From Toensbergia leucococca (taxonomy: Eukaryota), in the NCBI GenBank assembly GCA_022813965.1, contig JALDZS010000111.1, forward strand, positions 1-64,000: DNA of 64,000 bases. Direction: 5' to 3'. Under the pieces are notes generated by a model. The model worked only from the letters and a program-made list of their open reading frames with translations. It did no database searches and was not told the origin of the DNA. Below, one piece after another: positions 34,440-47,805 of the stretch (position 1 is its first letter; each line of letters opens with the position of its first letter). A program made the translations under genes and the position numbers.

Positions 34440-37325
34440 ATGCGACCCCCACGACTGATCCTACTCTTGCTTTGTTTCGTTGCTCTGCCTATCTTCCTGA
34501 CTTTCTTCTCCCTTATACGCTCGCATCCTCGGCATCAGGTCACCACAGAATCCTCATCCGCCACCCAGAAAGGCGGCATCCGTGCATTATTTTCCTTCTC
34601 CACACCCTCGTCAATTTTCGGACCCTCAGCCATAATCAGCCTCACAGACGATAACTCAACTTTCTTCCTTGCTAGACCTGCTGCCTTTGGTCCCTTACTA
34701 TCTTCAAATGGTCTTAGTGGGCAGCTGTGGGTCGGAAGTGGATTTGGTGATGACAACCTACGCAGAGGAGGGGCAACCACAGGCGCTGAAGGCGAACTGG
34801 GCTGCAGCGACGTACCTGGCTGGGGAGATGGTGACAAGCCGCACCACGGTGATACAAGTACGGATGCATTGCGAAAGAAGATCGTCGCCGAAGTGAACGA
34901 CGGAGCCGACAAAACCCATGATCAGGCTAGTAAAGAGAAGATATCTAACAACCCCGGACGAGATACCAAGGAGGAAATCAACAGCGACAAGACTACTCCG
35001 TTTCAGGACGACGGAACTGATGACCACTTACATCATCCACTTCAAGGCTCGCAGGTGTCGAAGCCTCCCAAAGCTGGACGACCTGCGCAGCAGCATGATA
35101 CGACCAAGGACGGACATTTGCCTGAGCATGGCGATATACAATCCATACAAGAAGGTGCAGAGATAACTGGGAAAATCGTGCTTCTGAGTAGAGGTGGATG
35201 TGGTTTCCTTGAGAAGGCCATGTGGACACAGCGTCGAGGAGGTGTGGCTCTGATTGTGGGTGATGATACCCGTGGAGGTGTTCTCATTACCATGTACGGA
35301 CGTGGAGATACGTCGAACGTTACAATTCCTTCCCTGTTTACTTCCCATACAACAGCTCATCTACTCTCGTCGCTTATTCCATCGGATGGGTTCTTTGACG
35401 AGAATCTAGGAGACGACCCACAGAAGACCATCCAAACCAATAACGTCGCCGGGAAGAATGTCAACAAGAAAAAGACGGGGGTGAAGAAGAAGTCTGGCGA
35501 TGATAGACCAACATTTACACCCGCCACGGCCGTTCCGAAAACTACATCTACCCCTCGGCCTAGTATCGTTCCAGCACAGGGAAAGCACCTGTCATCTGCA
35601 GACTCAAACCGTGTATCGGCCGGCAATGGGGGGCAGAGCTGGTTCCGATCTTTTGCATCAGCCTTCGGATTCGATGGCAGATCTCACATCTCCGGACTAC
35701 CTGAAGATAGCAGGCGGCCTCCTAGTAGCGGCCGAATTAACTGGATTGTTAGTGAGAATTGGGCTGATGAGCCGAACAAGGAGAAACATGCCGACACCAT
35801 GGCTGCGAAAGGAGGCCATGACACAGTCACCACTACGGGAACTCGAAAGTCAGGAGTACAGCAAAGCTCAAGTGATGATTTTGTGATTGGAGTTCAAGAC
35901 TGGCGTGATCCCGATCTGGTTCAACCGAAGTCGATGCAAGCAAAGAGTAAAGGAAAATCTAATATTGCCAAGACGAAACCCACATCATACACAGCTGGTG
36001 TAGTTGAGAAGGTTACTGAACACAAAGAAAGCAAGGCTCTAGCTGGTGGAAGTATTACGCCTGGTAGCGGAGAGTACGAAAAACCCAGCACTAGCAATGA
36101 ACCCTCGAAAAAGGCTTTCCAAGACCAACCCCACGGAGGCATTAAGGGAGCAGATAGGAACCACCAAAATGACGAATCTAATAATTGGCTGACTCAGTTC
36201 CTATGGAATGACGACGCAGAAGCTGCGAACGAGCCGGTAAATCATCGAGATAAATCGGATGTCACAGATAATCATAATCATAAATTGGCAGAACATCAGG
36301 TAGAAGAGCTGTCTATCGAAGAGGACAATGACAACGTCAGTGACACTGAAGGTCATTACGGTCTCTGGGTAACACTTACGCCTACTACTATGTCGACGAG
36401 TCCTTTCTTTGACACTCTGCTCGTGTTGGTGGTTAGCCCACTCGTTACTTTGACTGTTGTTTACGCGTTATTGTTACTCCGCTCTCGCATACGTAGACGA
36501 CGATGGCGGGCGCCAAAGTCTGTGGTTGATCGCCTACCTGTCCGTACTTATTATACAATGTCCTGTTCCTCGAGTTCAACATCCTCCCAATTTGCGTCCC
36601 CTAAAACTTCGTCGCCAACATCACCACTTCTACAAAGCAGCCCTCGATCGACGTCGTCGCGCCCGAGACCACGCTCCCGAACTACCTCTGGGATAGGCAA
36701 TGCCATATCGGCATCATTAGATCAGGCTACAATGAAGGCCAACTTATTGCAGCAGGAGAAGTTAGCAGGATCTGCGGTACCCAGGAAACCCTACTCTGGA
36801 AAGCAAGTCGAATGTGTTGTCTGTCTCGAAGAGTATATCGACGGTCAGAGTAGGGTGATGAGTCTTCCATGCGGCCATGAATTCCACGCTGAGTGCATGT
36901 GAGTCATGTTCAATCTATCATAGGAGTATTAGAAACGCTGATGACTTGCTAGAACTCCGTGGTTAACCACTCGGCGACGGACATGTCCAATCTGCAAAGG
37001 CGATGTCGTCCGCTCTATGGCAAGTAATCCATCATCCACAACAATTTCTACATCTCGACGTCGATACCATGATGATCCCGAGGACAATGATATCCAGATC
37101 CAAGCCGCAGAGACCATCAATGACTCCCCCTCATCTGCCATACCTATTCCGCGTGAGAATGACCTCGACATAGAGCGGGGCGAGGATATGGCAGCTACTT
37201 TAGTCAATGACCAGCCAGGCACATCTTCGTCGAGGTCGGGTTGGAGAGGACTGGCTTCTCTGAGTTTGTCGGCTTTCAGCGGTGAAGCGGCATGGAGACA
37301 AGCGCAGGCAGATCGAAATCGGTGA
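34440..37325 (+). CDS. PA-domain / transmembrane / RING-H2 E3 ubiquitin ligase (PA-TM-RING)
   Basis: Signal anchor; PA motifs ARPAAFGP and KIVLLSRGGCGFLEKA..ALIVGD; TM LLVLVVSPLVTLTVVYALLLL; RING-H2 CVVCLEEY..LPCGHEFHAEC|ITPWLTTRRRTCPICK across an intron at ~36899-36952. Confidence 0.95.
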
Positions 37326-37785
37326 TAAGGGTTTATTTCTCATAGCATGTTGCTGCCGGAGCACTGGCGCAGAGGGGTTATGGAACACATAATTTGGGTG
37401 GGTTTGGTGACCAGAGGGCAAGCATTATGTGGCGCAGACAGTGTCCAACAACATGAATATCCCTTGGACTCAATATGATACCTATGACTATGATGGTTTG
37501 CATACTTGTATGACTTTGGACTGGGGCAAGGACATGAATGATGTGCAGCGCTCAACGCGAATGATCTAGCATCATGTCTCATCTAACTTGTTTGTAAGTG
37601 AAGCACTGTACCTACTTTGGCTTCAGCCCTATGACGTAAAGCAAGAAGTACCTTCTGGTGCTTAGCGACTGAGGGCAATAAATACCTACCTTAATCAAGA
37701 AAATTTGTGAACCGGTCGAGCCAAACTCAACTCTACCCATCTTGGACGTGTCAAAACCAAGAGAAACGGTGCTTGATACCTCACA

Positions 37786-38786
37786 ATGGCAGATAAAGTC
37801 AAAGAAGTTGCCATTGAAGAGGCAGATCGCATCAAGGTCCTGGCCACAGCTGCTGCACGTTCAGGTGCCTATCTCTATCCCATCAGGGTCAGTATGTCGT
37901 TTTACTTTGTAGCTCTTCAGTAACTTGATGAACTTGCTTGCGATTCAAACTACAGTGAGACCGTGGCTGACATGCTCGTTCGCTTCCAGGGTATTGTTTA
38001 CTTTGTTTCTCACCGTTCTTTATGGCAACCTCTCATCTCCAAGCTCGGCCCTACTATTACTCTCGGGCTTGGGGTTACGTCTTTTATGTTCATCTTCACC
38101 TACTTGCCGCAAACCGCTGTCATGGCTTTTACGAGTGGGCCCCTTGCAGCTATCAGCGCAGCACTCCTAGTTCTGAGCGAAAGTTCCACTATCTTCACCA
38201 TTCTCAGCAAAACTTTCTTGATTGAGGGTGCCCTTACAGATACTTTCGATGGTGTCTTGGTCTCGAAGAATACTACCGACCTTGTCTCGAGTGGCAGACA
38301 GATCAAGGCTGGGAGTAATCCCATGGCAAAACTTGGGAAGCTTGTCAAACAGCCATTTATGAAATTCACCCCTACCGCCTTAATTAGATACTTTATGTAC
38401 TTGCCCTTAAATTTTATCCCTGTCGTTGGCACTGTCATTTTTGTGATTCTTCAAGGAAAGAGAGCGGGGCCAGCTGCACATAGCAGGTACTTTCAATTGA
38501 AGGAGTGGAATAATGCTCAGAGGCAGAAGCATATCGAGGAGAACAAAGCTGCATATACGAGGTAACAATCACGTCCTTTCTGGGATCGTTGCTCTTGCTT
38601 ATTACATTTCGAATCAGCTTTGGTATCGCTGCTGTCCTCCTCGAATTGGTCCCAATAGCTTCGATCTTGTTCGCCTTCACCAACACTGTTGGAGCGGCAC
38701 TATGGGCTGCAGATATGGAAAATGGTAATGTGACGGCCGAAGGCACAGCGCCAAACCTAAGAGAGCAAGCTAGGAAAGCTGAGTGA
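37786..38786 (+). CDS. EI24/Lds/Rrt8-family membrane protein (3 exons)
   Basis: ATG at 37786; SGAYLYPIR|GIVYF; TYLPQ; PLNFIPVVG; HSRYFQLK; FGIAAVLLELVP..FTNTVGAALWAADME; two GT-AG introns. Confidence 0.88.
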
Positions 38787-39762
38787 GAAGGGTAGGAAAT
38801 GGGATCTATGCCTGAATGCTGAAGTGCTATTGGGACTCGATCCTTTCTGTGAGAGGCACGCTCATCCCATCCCTGAGTTCGTAGTATAATGAATTGGTAT
38901 GCTGTGGTCACTTTTCTTGGCTCTCTATTACGCAGTCCTTCTTGAATTTCCTGAACGCACCCTTGTACAAAGCTAAGTGGTGATAGCCGTACTAAGCCTG
39001 ACCGGAGAGATGTTACGAGTTTACTGTTGCGCTACCTTGGACAGAGGCAGCATGCTTTCAACGAGCTACACACTTGCGTTGCCAGGACTCCTTGAGAGAT
39101 CATGGTATGATCTAAATATGTCTCCTCTAGATTGCAAGCCTCTAAGTACAGACGTTTTGCTACGTTCAAAGTAGAGGTCTAATTTAGAGAGTAGAGTCGA
39201 AAAGACTCTGCTACATTTCCGATGTGAAATTCTAAGCTGGAAGCATGCCTTCTCTTTTCGTACATTCAAATTGCAAGTGACGGGACTTCCATAAAGCCAG
39301 CGGGAAAAGTCACATCATCTCACTCATCTCAATCATTGTCCGGTTTCTTGTACGACAATGTGCAACGTATTGAGACATGGGAATCTTTGAACTTCTGCAT
39401 TCTTGTATGGCGACACTTGCCCTAAGCGCCAGGGCATGTCAAACTTGAAGTCACACAACGCGATCCATCCTTCACTTCATCGTTGACTTCACTCTCCTTT
39501 TTCACTACCACAACAACAACGACGATCAGATTCGGCCGTCACTCCAGTCTTGTCCGCCTTCATTTGAGATCGCCTACCTTAGTCACTCGTTTGAGAATTC
39601 ACTTCCTGTCACTCTTTCCGTTCTTTCTGACTCCCAGACACTCTTTTTTTGGACAGCGAACCCCCGAAAATGTAAGCTTTCTCCAAACGTCCTTTTCATT
39701 TTCGATCTCTAGAAACTTTTCGTGGCATTTCGCTGAGCGACTGCCCTTTAAACAGCCAAAGC

Positions 39763-42661
39763 ATGAAAGCAACACCCTTCACCTTGGACTGGAAGTCCAC
39801 CATTTTTGTTGTGATCGTCATCCTCACATTCTGCGATGCTCGACCGCATAATTCTCATCGTCACCATGGTGCTCTCAATGCACGCGATGTGCGCGAACCT
39901 CTTGCTAGCTCTGGCAGCAGCTTGGCCCTTAGCGCGAATGGGGGTGGTATGTGTTAGCAACGAACATTTTGGACCTCATTTTTTGACAGCGAGAGTAGGG
40001 GACTATGGCGCTTCTGGCGACTTTATCGAAGATAGATCTACAAATGTCTCTATTGGTTCTTGGGACCAGTCATCAACTCGTACCTTAGGTTTACTTCCCA
40101 CACCTGCGTCTCAGTCATACCAATTCAGCATCTCGATCCAAGGTGTACCTTCCACGGTTGTACATGAAACTTGTACGTCTACCATTGAGTTTGCCCTTCA
40201 TGCCACTAACCCGCGAATTGAAGCTCTTCTGTCTTTTTGCCGCACCCTGCGATAGGAATGCTGACGATATCGATACTATAGATTTTACCGCTACCACCAT
40301 CGCATTACAAGCCCCACCTGCGGCAGTTAACTCATGCAACGCAGGCGGAATCAATACACTCGCCACACCGGTCGCAGATCCTGCCGATCCAGTCTCTACC
40401 TCTGCGTCAGTCATCTCTGCTAGAGCGGCTGCCTCACCGACAGGTTCATCCAGTGGCTCTGATGATGACGGTTACGGGGGCTTCCTTGGTGGCTTCTCAA
40501 ATCCCACTTCGTCTTCCTCAGCTTCGAGCAGCGTACCAACTTCACCATGTCCAGCTGGTAATGGGACAGGCTATACTTCTACAGCGGGGAAGAAGTACAA
40601 GGTAATCTGCAATACCGATTTCCCTGGTCACGACTTTGCTTTCCAGCTCGTCAATTCCTTTGAGGAATGTGTGCAGAAATGTGACGATATCAACACCTCG
40701 GTTGGGGGCTGTCTTGCAACACTCTTCCTACCTAGCCGCGTTGATGGTGCCAATGATTGTTATCTAAAGTCAAACATTCAAGTCTCGGAGCCCTCGACTT
40801 TAGAGATCGATGGTGCTATACTAATACAAGATTCTCAATCTTCAGCATCGACATCCACTTCAAGCCCAACGCCTGGAACATCAACTTCAAGCTCTGCATT
40901 GGTTTTAAGCACTTATTCTGCGTCAAACTCTGGATCAACTCTGAGCTCTGCATCAGTTTTAAGCACTTTCTCGGCAGCAAGCTCTACGTTGACATCAAGC
41001 TCTACGTCGACGTCAAGCATCGTATCGTCATCAAGTTCCGCATTGTCTTCAGGTTCCGTATCGTCGTCAAGCTCCATATCGTCGTCGAGTTCCGCATCAT
41101 CCGCAAACTCTTTATCGGTGTCAAGCTCTGTTTCGGCGTCAAGTGCTGGATCTTCTTCAATTCTTGTATCGACTCCGTCATCATCGTCAGTGGCAACGCA
41201 GTCTACAACTGTCTCTATCGCTTACGGCCCTTCGCCAACCTATGCATCAGGGACATTGATCATAGCGCCAACAATGGCGAGTTCGCAGTCGCATGGTCCC
41301 AGTGAGAACCACCCAACGACACAATACATAGATTACACGTCTCCTGTGGATCTCACTCTCAGCGCAAACCTTCTTACTGTGGGTGTGAATGGCCAACTCT
41401 CAATTGCCTATGGGCTGTCGCTTGATACAGGGTGCCTCGAGATTAACTCTTCAACGCAATCATTGATAGCGGACTTGACGGATACGCCACATATTTCACG
41501 AGATGGCGGAAAAGGTGGTTTTGTTAACGGCCAGCACCTCTTCGTCTTCTGCGACACCGGAGCATATACAACTACCACATCTACTTTGAACGGGGACTTC
41601 CTTGGTTTTGTGTCTAGTTCGGTGGCTATCGACATTGGCATGAATGGCATCGATGGCAAAGCTCTATACCTTCAAGATGGTATCGGCCAGTGGAGCGATA
41701 ACGTAGGCCGTATGCGCGGCTTTTCTCCATTGACTCAGGGTGAACAGAGCTACAATCTAGCAATGCAGGGCCAAGGTCAACGTTATGCCATTTGGCCAGA
41801 ATCATCGATTATTCCTTTGGATGCAGAAACTGGCTTGATGTACGCTCCTATTGTTTATGATGATATCAATGAGAGTACTAAAGCGGCTGTGTTCACATAT
41901 ACTGGGGCTACAGCACTGACTATAACAGCTGGTGGTGAAGGCGGACCTGTTGCTCAGCGAGTCAATGATAGAATATTCATGCAAAACGAGGTTGAATGGG
42001 GCTGCCTTGGTGGTATTCGTTCTTGGGGTTCGTCTGGTATTGGTGGTACTGATGGTTATGTGTACATCTTTGGGAACGTCCCAGGTGGAATACTACTTGC
42101 GAGAACTGCACACGGAAGTGTAGCAGACCCTACCTCTGTAAGCGCGATTCACGTTTACTACAGACAGAATACTAACTTTGATGATAGTTTAATTATTGGA
42201 CAGGAAACTCGTGGAGCAGTGATATGATACCCTCATCATCTACGGCATACTTCATCTCGGGCGCCTTCATGGACGTTGATTTGTTCTATTCACCACGTCA
42301 TCTCACATTCGTCATTGTGTACATGACTATCTACGCTGACAACACCTTCTATTACCGCTACCTTCAAGCAAACTCATCGATTTTGCCTCCTTTTGCTTCA
42401 GGCGGAGATCCGGCTAGCGACTACGTCGAAAACGTTCTGAAATACAATTGGTCCGCCGAGCAGGTTCTCTTCAAAACTCCCCCAACAGAGAGTGGTAGGT
42501 ACGTCTATGCTGGCGGGGTTCACCAAGGATACTTTGGTTCGAACGATATCGTCAACGGAGGATCAAAAATGCTTCTTAGCTGGACAGCCCCTACAGGCAA
42601 GGACCCATCATCCGAGGACAGCGAGTACCAGATCATGACGGCGGAGGTCGACTGGGACTAA
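39763..42661 (+). CDS. Large secreted protein: Cys-rich PAN/apple-like module, Ser-rich linker and C-terminal DUF4185-like domain
   Basis: Signal-like N-terminus; C..CNTDFPG..FEECVQKCD..C..CYLK; a long Ser tract; SRDGGKGG..LFVFCDT and YAG..H..LLSWT motifs; introns near 39947, ~40080-40254 and 42138-42187. The 5' exon structure is approximate. Confidence 0.8.
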
Positions 42662-44025
42662 TGTGCTCAGCCTTTTCACCCTCACGATCAATTCATTGGG
42701 TATTGCTGCAACTCTCCTCTACAGACGAGGGCTTCATCTGAATCTCTTTGATTTATCGGGTTCTCTAGTCAATGTCCCTTCGCTCTCAAGTAAATCTGTC
42801 CTGGGCCTTTTCGTTCTCTCGCCCTTTTTTTACAAAGCAGCAATGATGGAAGTTGGGCTGCTATCTACATGACGCACATCTTACATCATGCGAAGGTGTG
42901 GTGGGACGAGATCATTTTCTCCTTTAACCGCTGGGCGGTTCCCTTTTTTTTTACATAGCGATTCGCCCGATATTTCGCGTTCGTCATACTCGATAGGGTA
43001 GTTGTTGATGGCGATTGAGATGTCAAATAAGAAATCAGATGTTGAACTCGATAGCTTCTTGCACGCATGCTCTCTTGTGAAATGAGAAAAAATTGGGGAC
43101 TCTGTTCCGCCGATGATGGGACCAATCCTTCATCTATCTTCTTCTTCTTCCTGTGTCCCATCTGTGGCAGCTGAAAATACAGCAACAATCCACCATACAT
43201 CAAAGAGGTTGTTGTTCCACAGTTTTTCACTGAAACAACTCACTCACTCACCAACTCAAACAAAGAAACCCCCCCCCCCCCACCAAAACAACCCTCAGAG
43301 CCAGCAAAAAGAAAAAAAATATTAACCTTCACAAAACAACACAACACCAACAAAAAAGGGAGACCGAGACTAAGACAAATCTCATACCCCAAACCTTCCC
43401 CCCCCAAAAGAAAATGTGGGGATGGGGGTGGGGCGGGGCAGGAAATCCCCCATCCCCATCGCTCACAACCCACCCACCCACTCACCCACCACCCCCCCTC
43501 CCCCTTCCCCTCCACTCCCCACCCACAAAAAAGGGGGCCCCAGAAAAACAAAAAAACAAAAACCCGAACCCCAAACCGTCGCTGCATACAAACTCCAAGG
43601 ATAAAAGCGCATGGAGCCAAAAAAAAAAAAAAAAAAAGGCTCAGAAATCCACAACCCAAGTGCCGATATACCTCATACTCGTGGGTACTAACTTGGTGCT
43701 TTGCAAAGCTTTGCAGGAAAAAACCCATTAACGGCACCCAAAACTCGGGGCCTTATCTTATCTACCCTACCTAGCTCTGAGTTTTCTTCTAGGTTGACTC
43801 CGAGGCTACGACTAACAGTTTCTGGAGTGTAGGACTGTAGGGCTGTGAGGCTGTGAGGTTCTACGTGAATGGAGGATGACTATAGCTTTGGTAGCTCGTT
43901 TAGAGTTTTGGATGATATAGTATCGAAAAGAGAGAAAAATCGGTAGGTCGAGTCTAGTGAATTGTGTATCAGGTGGGAACAATACTGCGTTTCTAGACTT
44001 TTTAATCGTACATGTGTGTTATAGC

Positions 44026-45450
44026 TCAAACATGAGCCCACCCGTTCCATACCAATACCTGCATTTCGTCAACCAAGCAATTAACCCCCGGCTCATTGGC
44101 ACCCTCGTTTTCTCTCTTCCATCTCCTCAAACGACCGCTAATCTTCCATGCTTTGAGGAAGCTAGGTGTAACCCAGCGCCAGATACGATTACTCCATATG
44201 CCTCGAATACTTTCATAGGTCGACGGCCAGGAGCCATTTGGGTGGATTGCTTTGTAGGCTTCGGGACTGTAGCCGACGCGGACATGGGGGTTGAGCCAGA
44301 CACCATGTGTGGGAGTGAGGGGATTGTCGGCGTGGATGAGGCAGCATTCGGAGGCTTCGAGGTGGTGACGAGCGAGGGAGTCGGGGATACCGCGGAACTC
44401 GAGAGGGGGGGTACTGTAAAAGGGGGTGGCGGAGAAGGAAACTTGATCTATTCAGTATATGACTAGGTAAGGAAGGAATAAAACAGCATCCGCACTCCGG
44501 GAATTGAGTAAAGGAGCACAATGAATAGTGTTACGATTACTAATGCCAGACTTTATATCAACATCAGGTATTAATGTGAAAGATGAACGCTCACCCATTC
44601 CGTTCCAGCAGCTTTGTACAGGGACTGGCCGACCGGTGATCAGGGCATCTCGAGACGCGGAAGATCTGAAGAACGGAAATGTGGAAGTCACAGCTTCAAA
44701 GCCGTCAGAATCTCGCAAGGCAAAGGTGTCGTAGTATTCAGGCGTCTTCGAGAAATCCAAGGAACAAGCTGCAGCATAGTCTCCATTGCGCGTAGAAAGC
44801 AAAGTCACCACATCTTCGGTCTTACATTGTCAGTGAAGCAATTGCAGTAAGTAACATTGATGGAAGAAACAGACAGAAAATACTACATCGTTCAAGAATA
44901 GAATCTTGTCAAACTTGATGCCTTTCAGCGCAAGCTCATTCAGAGGTTTCAAAGATGTATTTCGTAGTCTCGATAGGTATGGTATCCTTCTCAACTCTTT
45001 CTTACCTTTGATGGTATCGATCCAACCAGCCGGTGCTGGTGTCTCAGCGATAGAGTCTGCATGCGTGGTTTCTTCTAAAGCAATCTGACGCTGCACACCG
45101 AGTCTTCCTAGGTCTGTGTCTAATAACCTCAAGGCATCTTTCGAGTCATCCCAACTTCCACTTTCATATATTGATAGGTACACATTGTCTGGACCGAGAT
45201 ATTGCACCAAATCTAGTACAGCCTGGGTCCAATTACTCCGCAGTATGGCAGCATTATTCCAATGGATGCTCGCGATGTACACCTTCTCTTTCTCCTTCAG
45301 CATGGACGTGTCTAATCTCGAGGCAGGAGTCCATTGCGGCCGAGCCCATACGAGTGCCAGCAGGTCCACGATTGAGAGAAATAAGACAACGAGAAGGATG
45401 GCTCTGGCAAGTCTGAAGCGAGGAGATCGCCGAAAAGAGGTCCGCAGCAT
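44026..45450 (-). CDS. CAP59/Cmt1-like alpha-1,3-mannosyltransferase (GT69), 3 exons
   Basis: Type II TM anchor; SIYESGSWD; RRIPYLSRLRN; LFLNDV; ACSLDF..YDTFALRD; PVQSCWNG; ASECCLIHAD; NPHVRVGY; ends GWAHV*. Confidence 0.93.
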
Positions 45451-45797
45451 GTCGAGAGAGTGCCCGGTTGCCCATAGGACTAAAGTTGCTGACTTAGGTC
45501 TCTGGAACTTGTATCATTGCAAGAGCAGGCAGAAGCACAAGTATATAGAGAGTAGAAATAGACGTAGCTAGCGATGCGACTGTGATGCAGCTCGGGCAGA
45601 TAGCATCAAGGGAAAGAAACTGGCTGCAACAAGATAGAATATTTTCGAGACTGCGAAATATATAAATACTCTACTAGAATTAAATACGTAATATCACCGA
45701 GGCGCTTGTCAAAGCGCTAAATAGAGCAGCCACTGCAGCTTTATTGAGCCGCGAGATGGCGCCTCTACTTTAATTTAAATCCCCATTCCCTACCTTA

Positions 45798-46059
45798 GCT
45801 CGCGACTGAAAAAAAAAACTGGAATAGCCGAATTTTCACCCGCACCACCCGCACCTACTAAAACAACAGGTTTATTCAATCATCACCATGCCATGAGTCA
45901 GAAATCACCCTAAAGTAGAAAGGAGACCTCATTATGACACTCCTACCCTAAAACAGGCTGATATTTGTAAATAAATCAATATAATAAGTTCTATTCGAGT
46001 GCTTTTCCTAGGTGGGGGCGAAAATTTGGCTATTCCAGTTTTTTTTTTCAGTCGCGAGC
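45798..46059. mobile_element. Tourist-like (PIF/Harbinger) MITE, 262 bp
   Basis: ~49-bp TIRs GCTCGCGACTG(A10)CTGGAATAGCC.. with 3 mismatches; TTA duplicated at 45795-45797 and 46060-46062; the reconstructed empty site is CCTTAGG. Confidence 0.88.
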
Positions 46060-46642
46060 TTAGGACCTTCACGGTACCGAGGCGTGCACAGTTCATATTC
46101 TTTGCCTCATATATACAAAGCCTATGAATATCACCAGACCTGTCATATCCCTGAGTAGAAATGTATCCATTCCCTCAATCAAATGTCCCTCCCCCACCTT
46201 TACAGCTAGACTCTCTCTTCCCTCATCCCCGCGTGCCATACACTAAATGCCGGGCTCATACCTCCACTTCTTGAACCCAAACAACACAAAGTCTGAAAAC
46301 CACCCACTCCCACCTCTCTGGTGAAAGGCGAAGTCTTAGCCCTGTCATTCCGATCTTCTGGGTTCAGAAATCTGGAGCGCGAAATCCAGTGATGTGGCTT
46401 TGCACGGGCAGGGGTGTAGAGAAGAAATGGCGCTGATGGTGGAGGGGTCAAGGAAAGGAATCAATTGTGGTGTTGAGAGTGTGCGGGAAGACTAAATTCG
46501 TAAACGCTTTTGTTATGCACGCAGGTGAGAGCTAGCAAGTACACCGAGAACGAAAGCAAAAACTCGCTCGCTATCCCCCACTCTTCCAAGCATCAGATTT
46601 TCGCATCCGGTTGATCCTCAAGCCCTAGGTAACAAAAAGTCC

Positions 46643-47805
46643 TCACTTCCACACTTCATGCTCACTAGACAATAACCCCTGCAATATCTCCTCCGCCTCA
46701 GGCCTCTCATTCCGACCAGGATACAACAAGCACTCTAGTAGTTCGGCCTCACCAATCTTCTCAGGCCTCGATCTCTCAAGCATCGAGATGAATACTTGAA
46801 GGCTTCCCTTGAAGATGTTTTCATTGATCCCCTTCTGGTCGGACTTTTTCCCGAGAGCGTCGCATTCATGGTAGTCCTGCATTTGGTGTTTTTTGAGGTC
46901 GAGAAGGAGCTTGTGGCGTCTTCCGTTTTTGGCTCTGTCGAATTCTTTGACGGGACTTCCTTCCCAGAAGCGGTCTTCGTGGTCGTGTGGTTGGGGCATT
47001 ACTAACGCTTGGATCGTGGAGAGATACTTTGCCAGGGTTAGTATTCAAACTTTTTGTCCGATGAGAGTTGAAATTTCGACTCACCACAATTCCCCATGTC
47101 CGGATATCATGGTCCATTGACAACACTTCCCACGGAGGATCTGGGTCATAAGAGGGAGACAGCTGCGCTACGCCGACTGCTTGGAAATTAGCATAGCAGT
47201 TGAAGAAGATAATAGGTTGACTTAAACGACGTACCACTATGAGCGAACCCGAGATCTCCAAGCTTTGCCGTCTTCCCGTCAAGGAGGATATTCCGCGCTT
47301 TGATACCTGCGCCGCGTCGTTAGCTATTTTGAAATACATCGACAACTTTACTGCTTTAATTCTGACCTGAATGTACCCAACCCTTCCGATGCATGTCCAT
47401 GATTCCGTTCAACACCTGACTCATGATGTCGCGAATACCCTCTGCCCCAACAAGAGCAAGATCCCCGTTCTTTCTAACGTCCCGAAGAGTCTGAGGTAAA
47501 TGTTCTAGGACCATTGTGTCGACTCTATCATTGGACTCGACAGTATCAAGTAGGCGTCGGAGATTCCGGGAGCCCTCGAATAGACGCTGGGCTTTGAGTT
47601 CCTTATGGAAGTCAGGCCAGGAGCGATAGCTGTTATGTCTAGGCGATTTTAAAACCACTTTTTGGCCAGTAGAGTTATAGCCATTCCAGACGTGAGTAAA
47701 TGGGTCAGGAAGGTAGTGAGTGAAGAGTGGTTCTGCGACAATGTAGGACTTCGTAGATTTTCCGAACAGCTTCATGCCTTGTGCGAGTTTGTTGGGAACG
47801 GCCAT
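46643..47805 (-). CDS. Protein-kinase-fold protein, probable pseudokinase (4 exons)
   Basis: VVLK; MVLEHL; spliced catalytic loop WVHSGIKARNILL; AKLGDLG; DIRTWGIV; CLLYPGRNERPEAEEIL. Three GT-AG introns keep the frame. Confidence 0.85.

Noticed and set aside
43436..43756. RNase MRP-like motifs (GGAAATCCCCC, CGGGGCCTTA)
   Set aside because: Both deviate from the consensus and lie in low-complexity sequence; no supporting helices.
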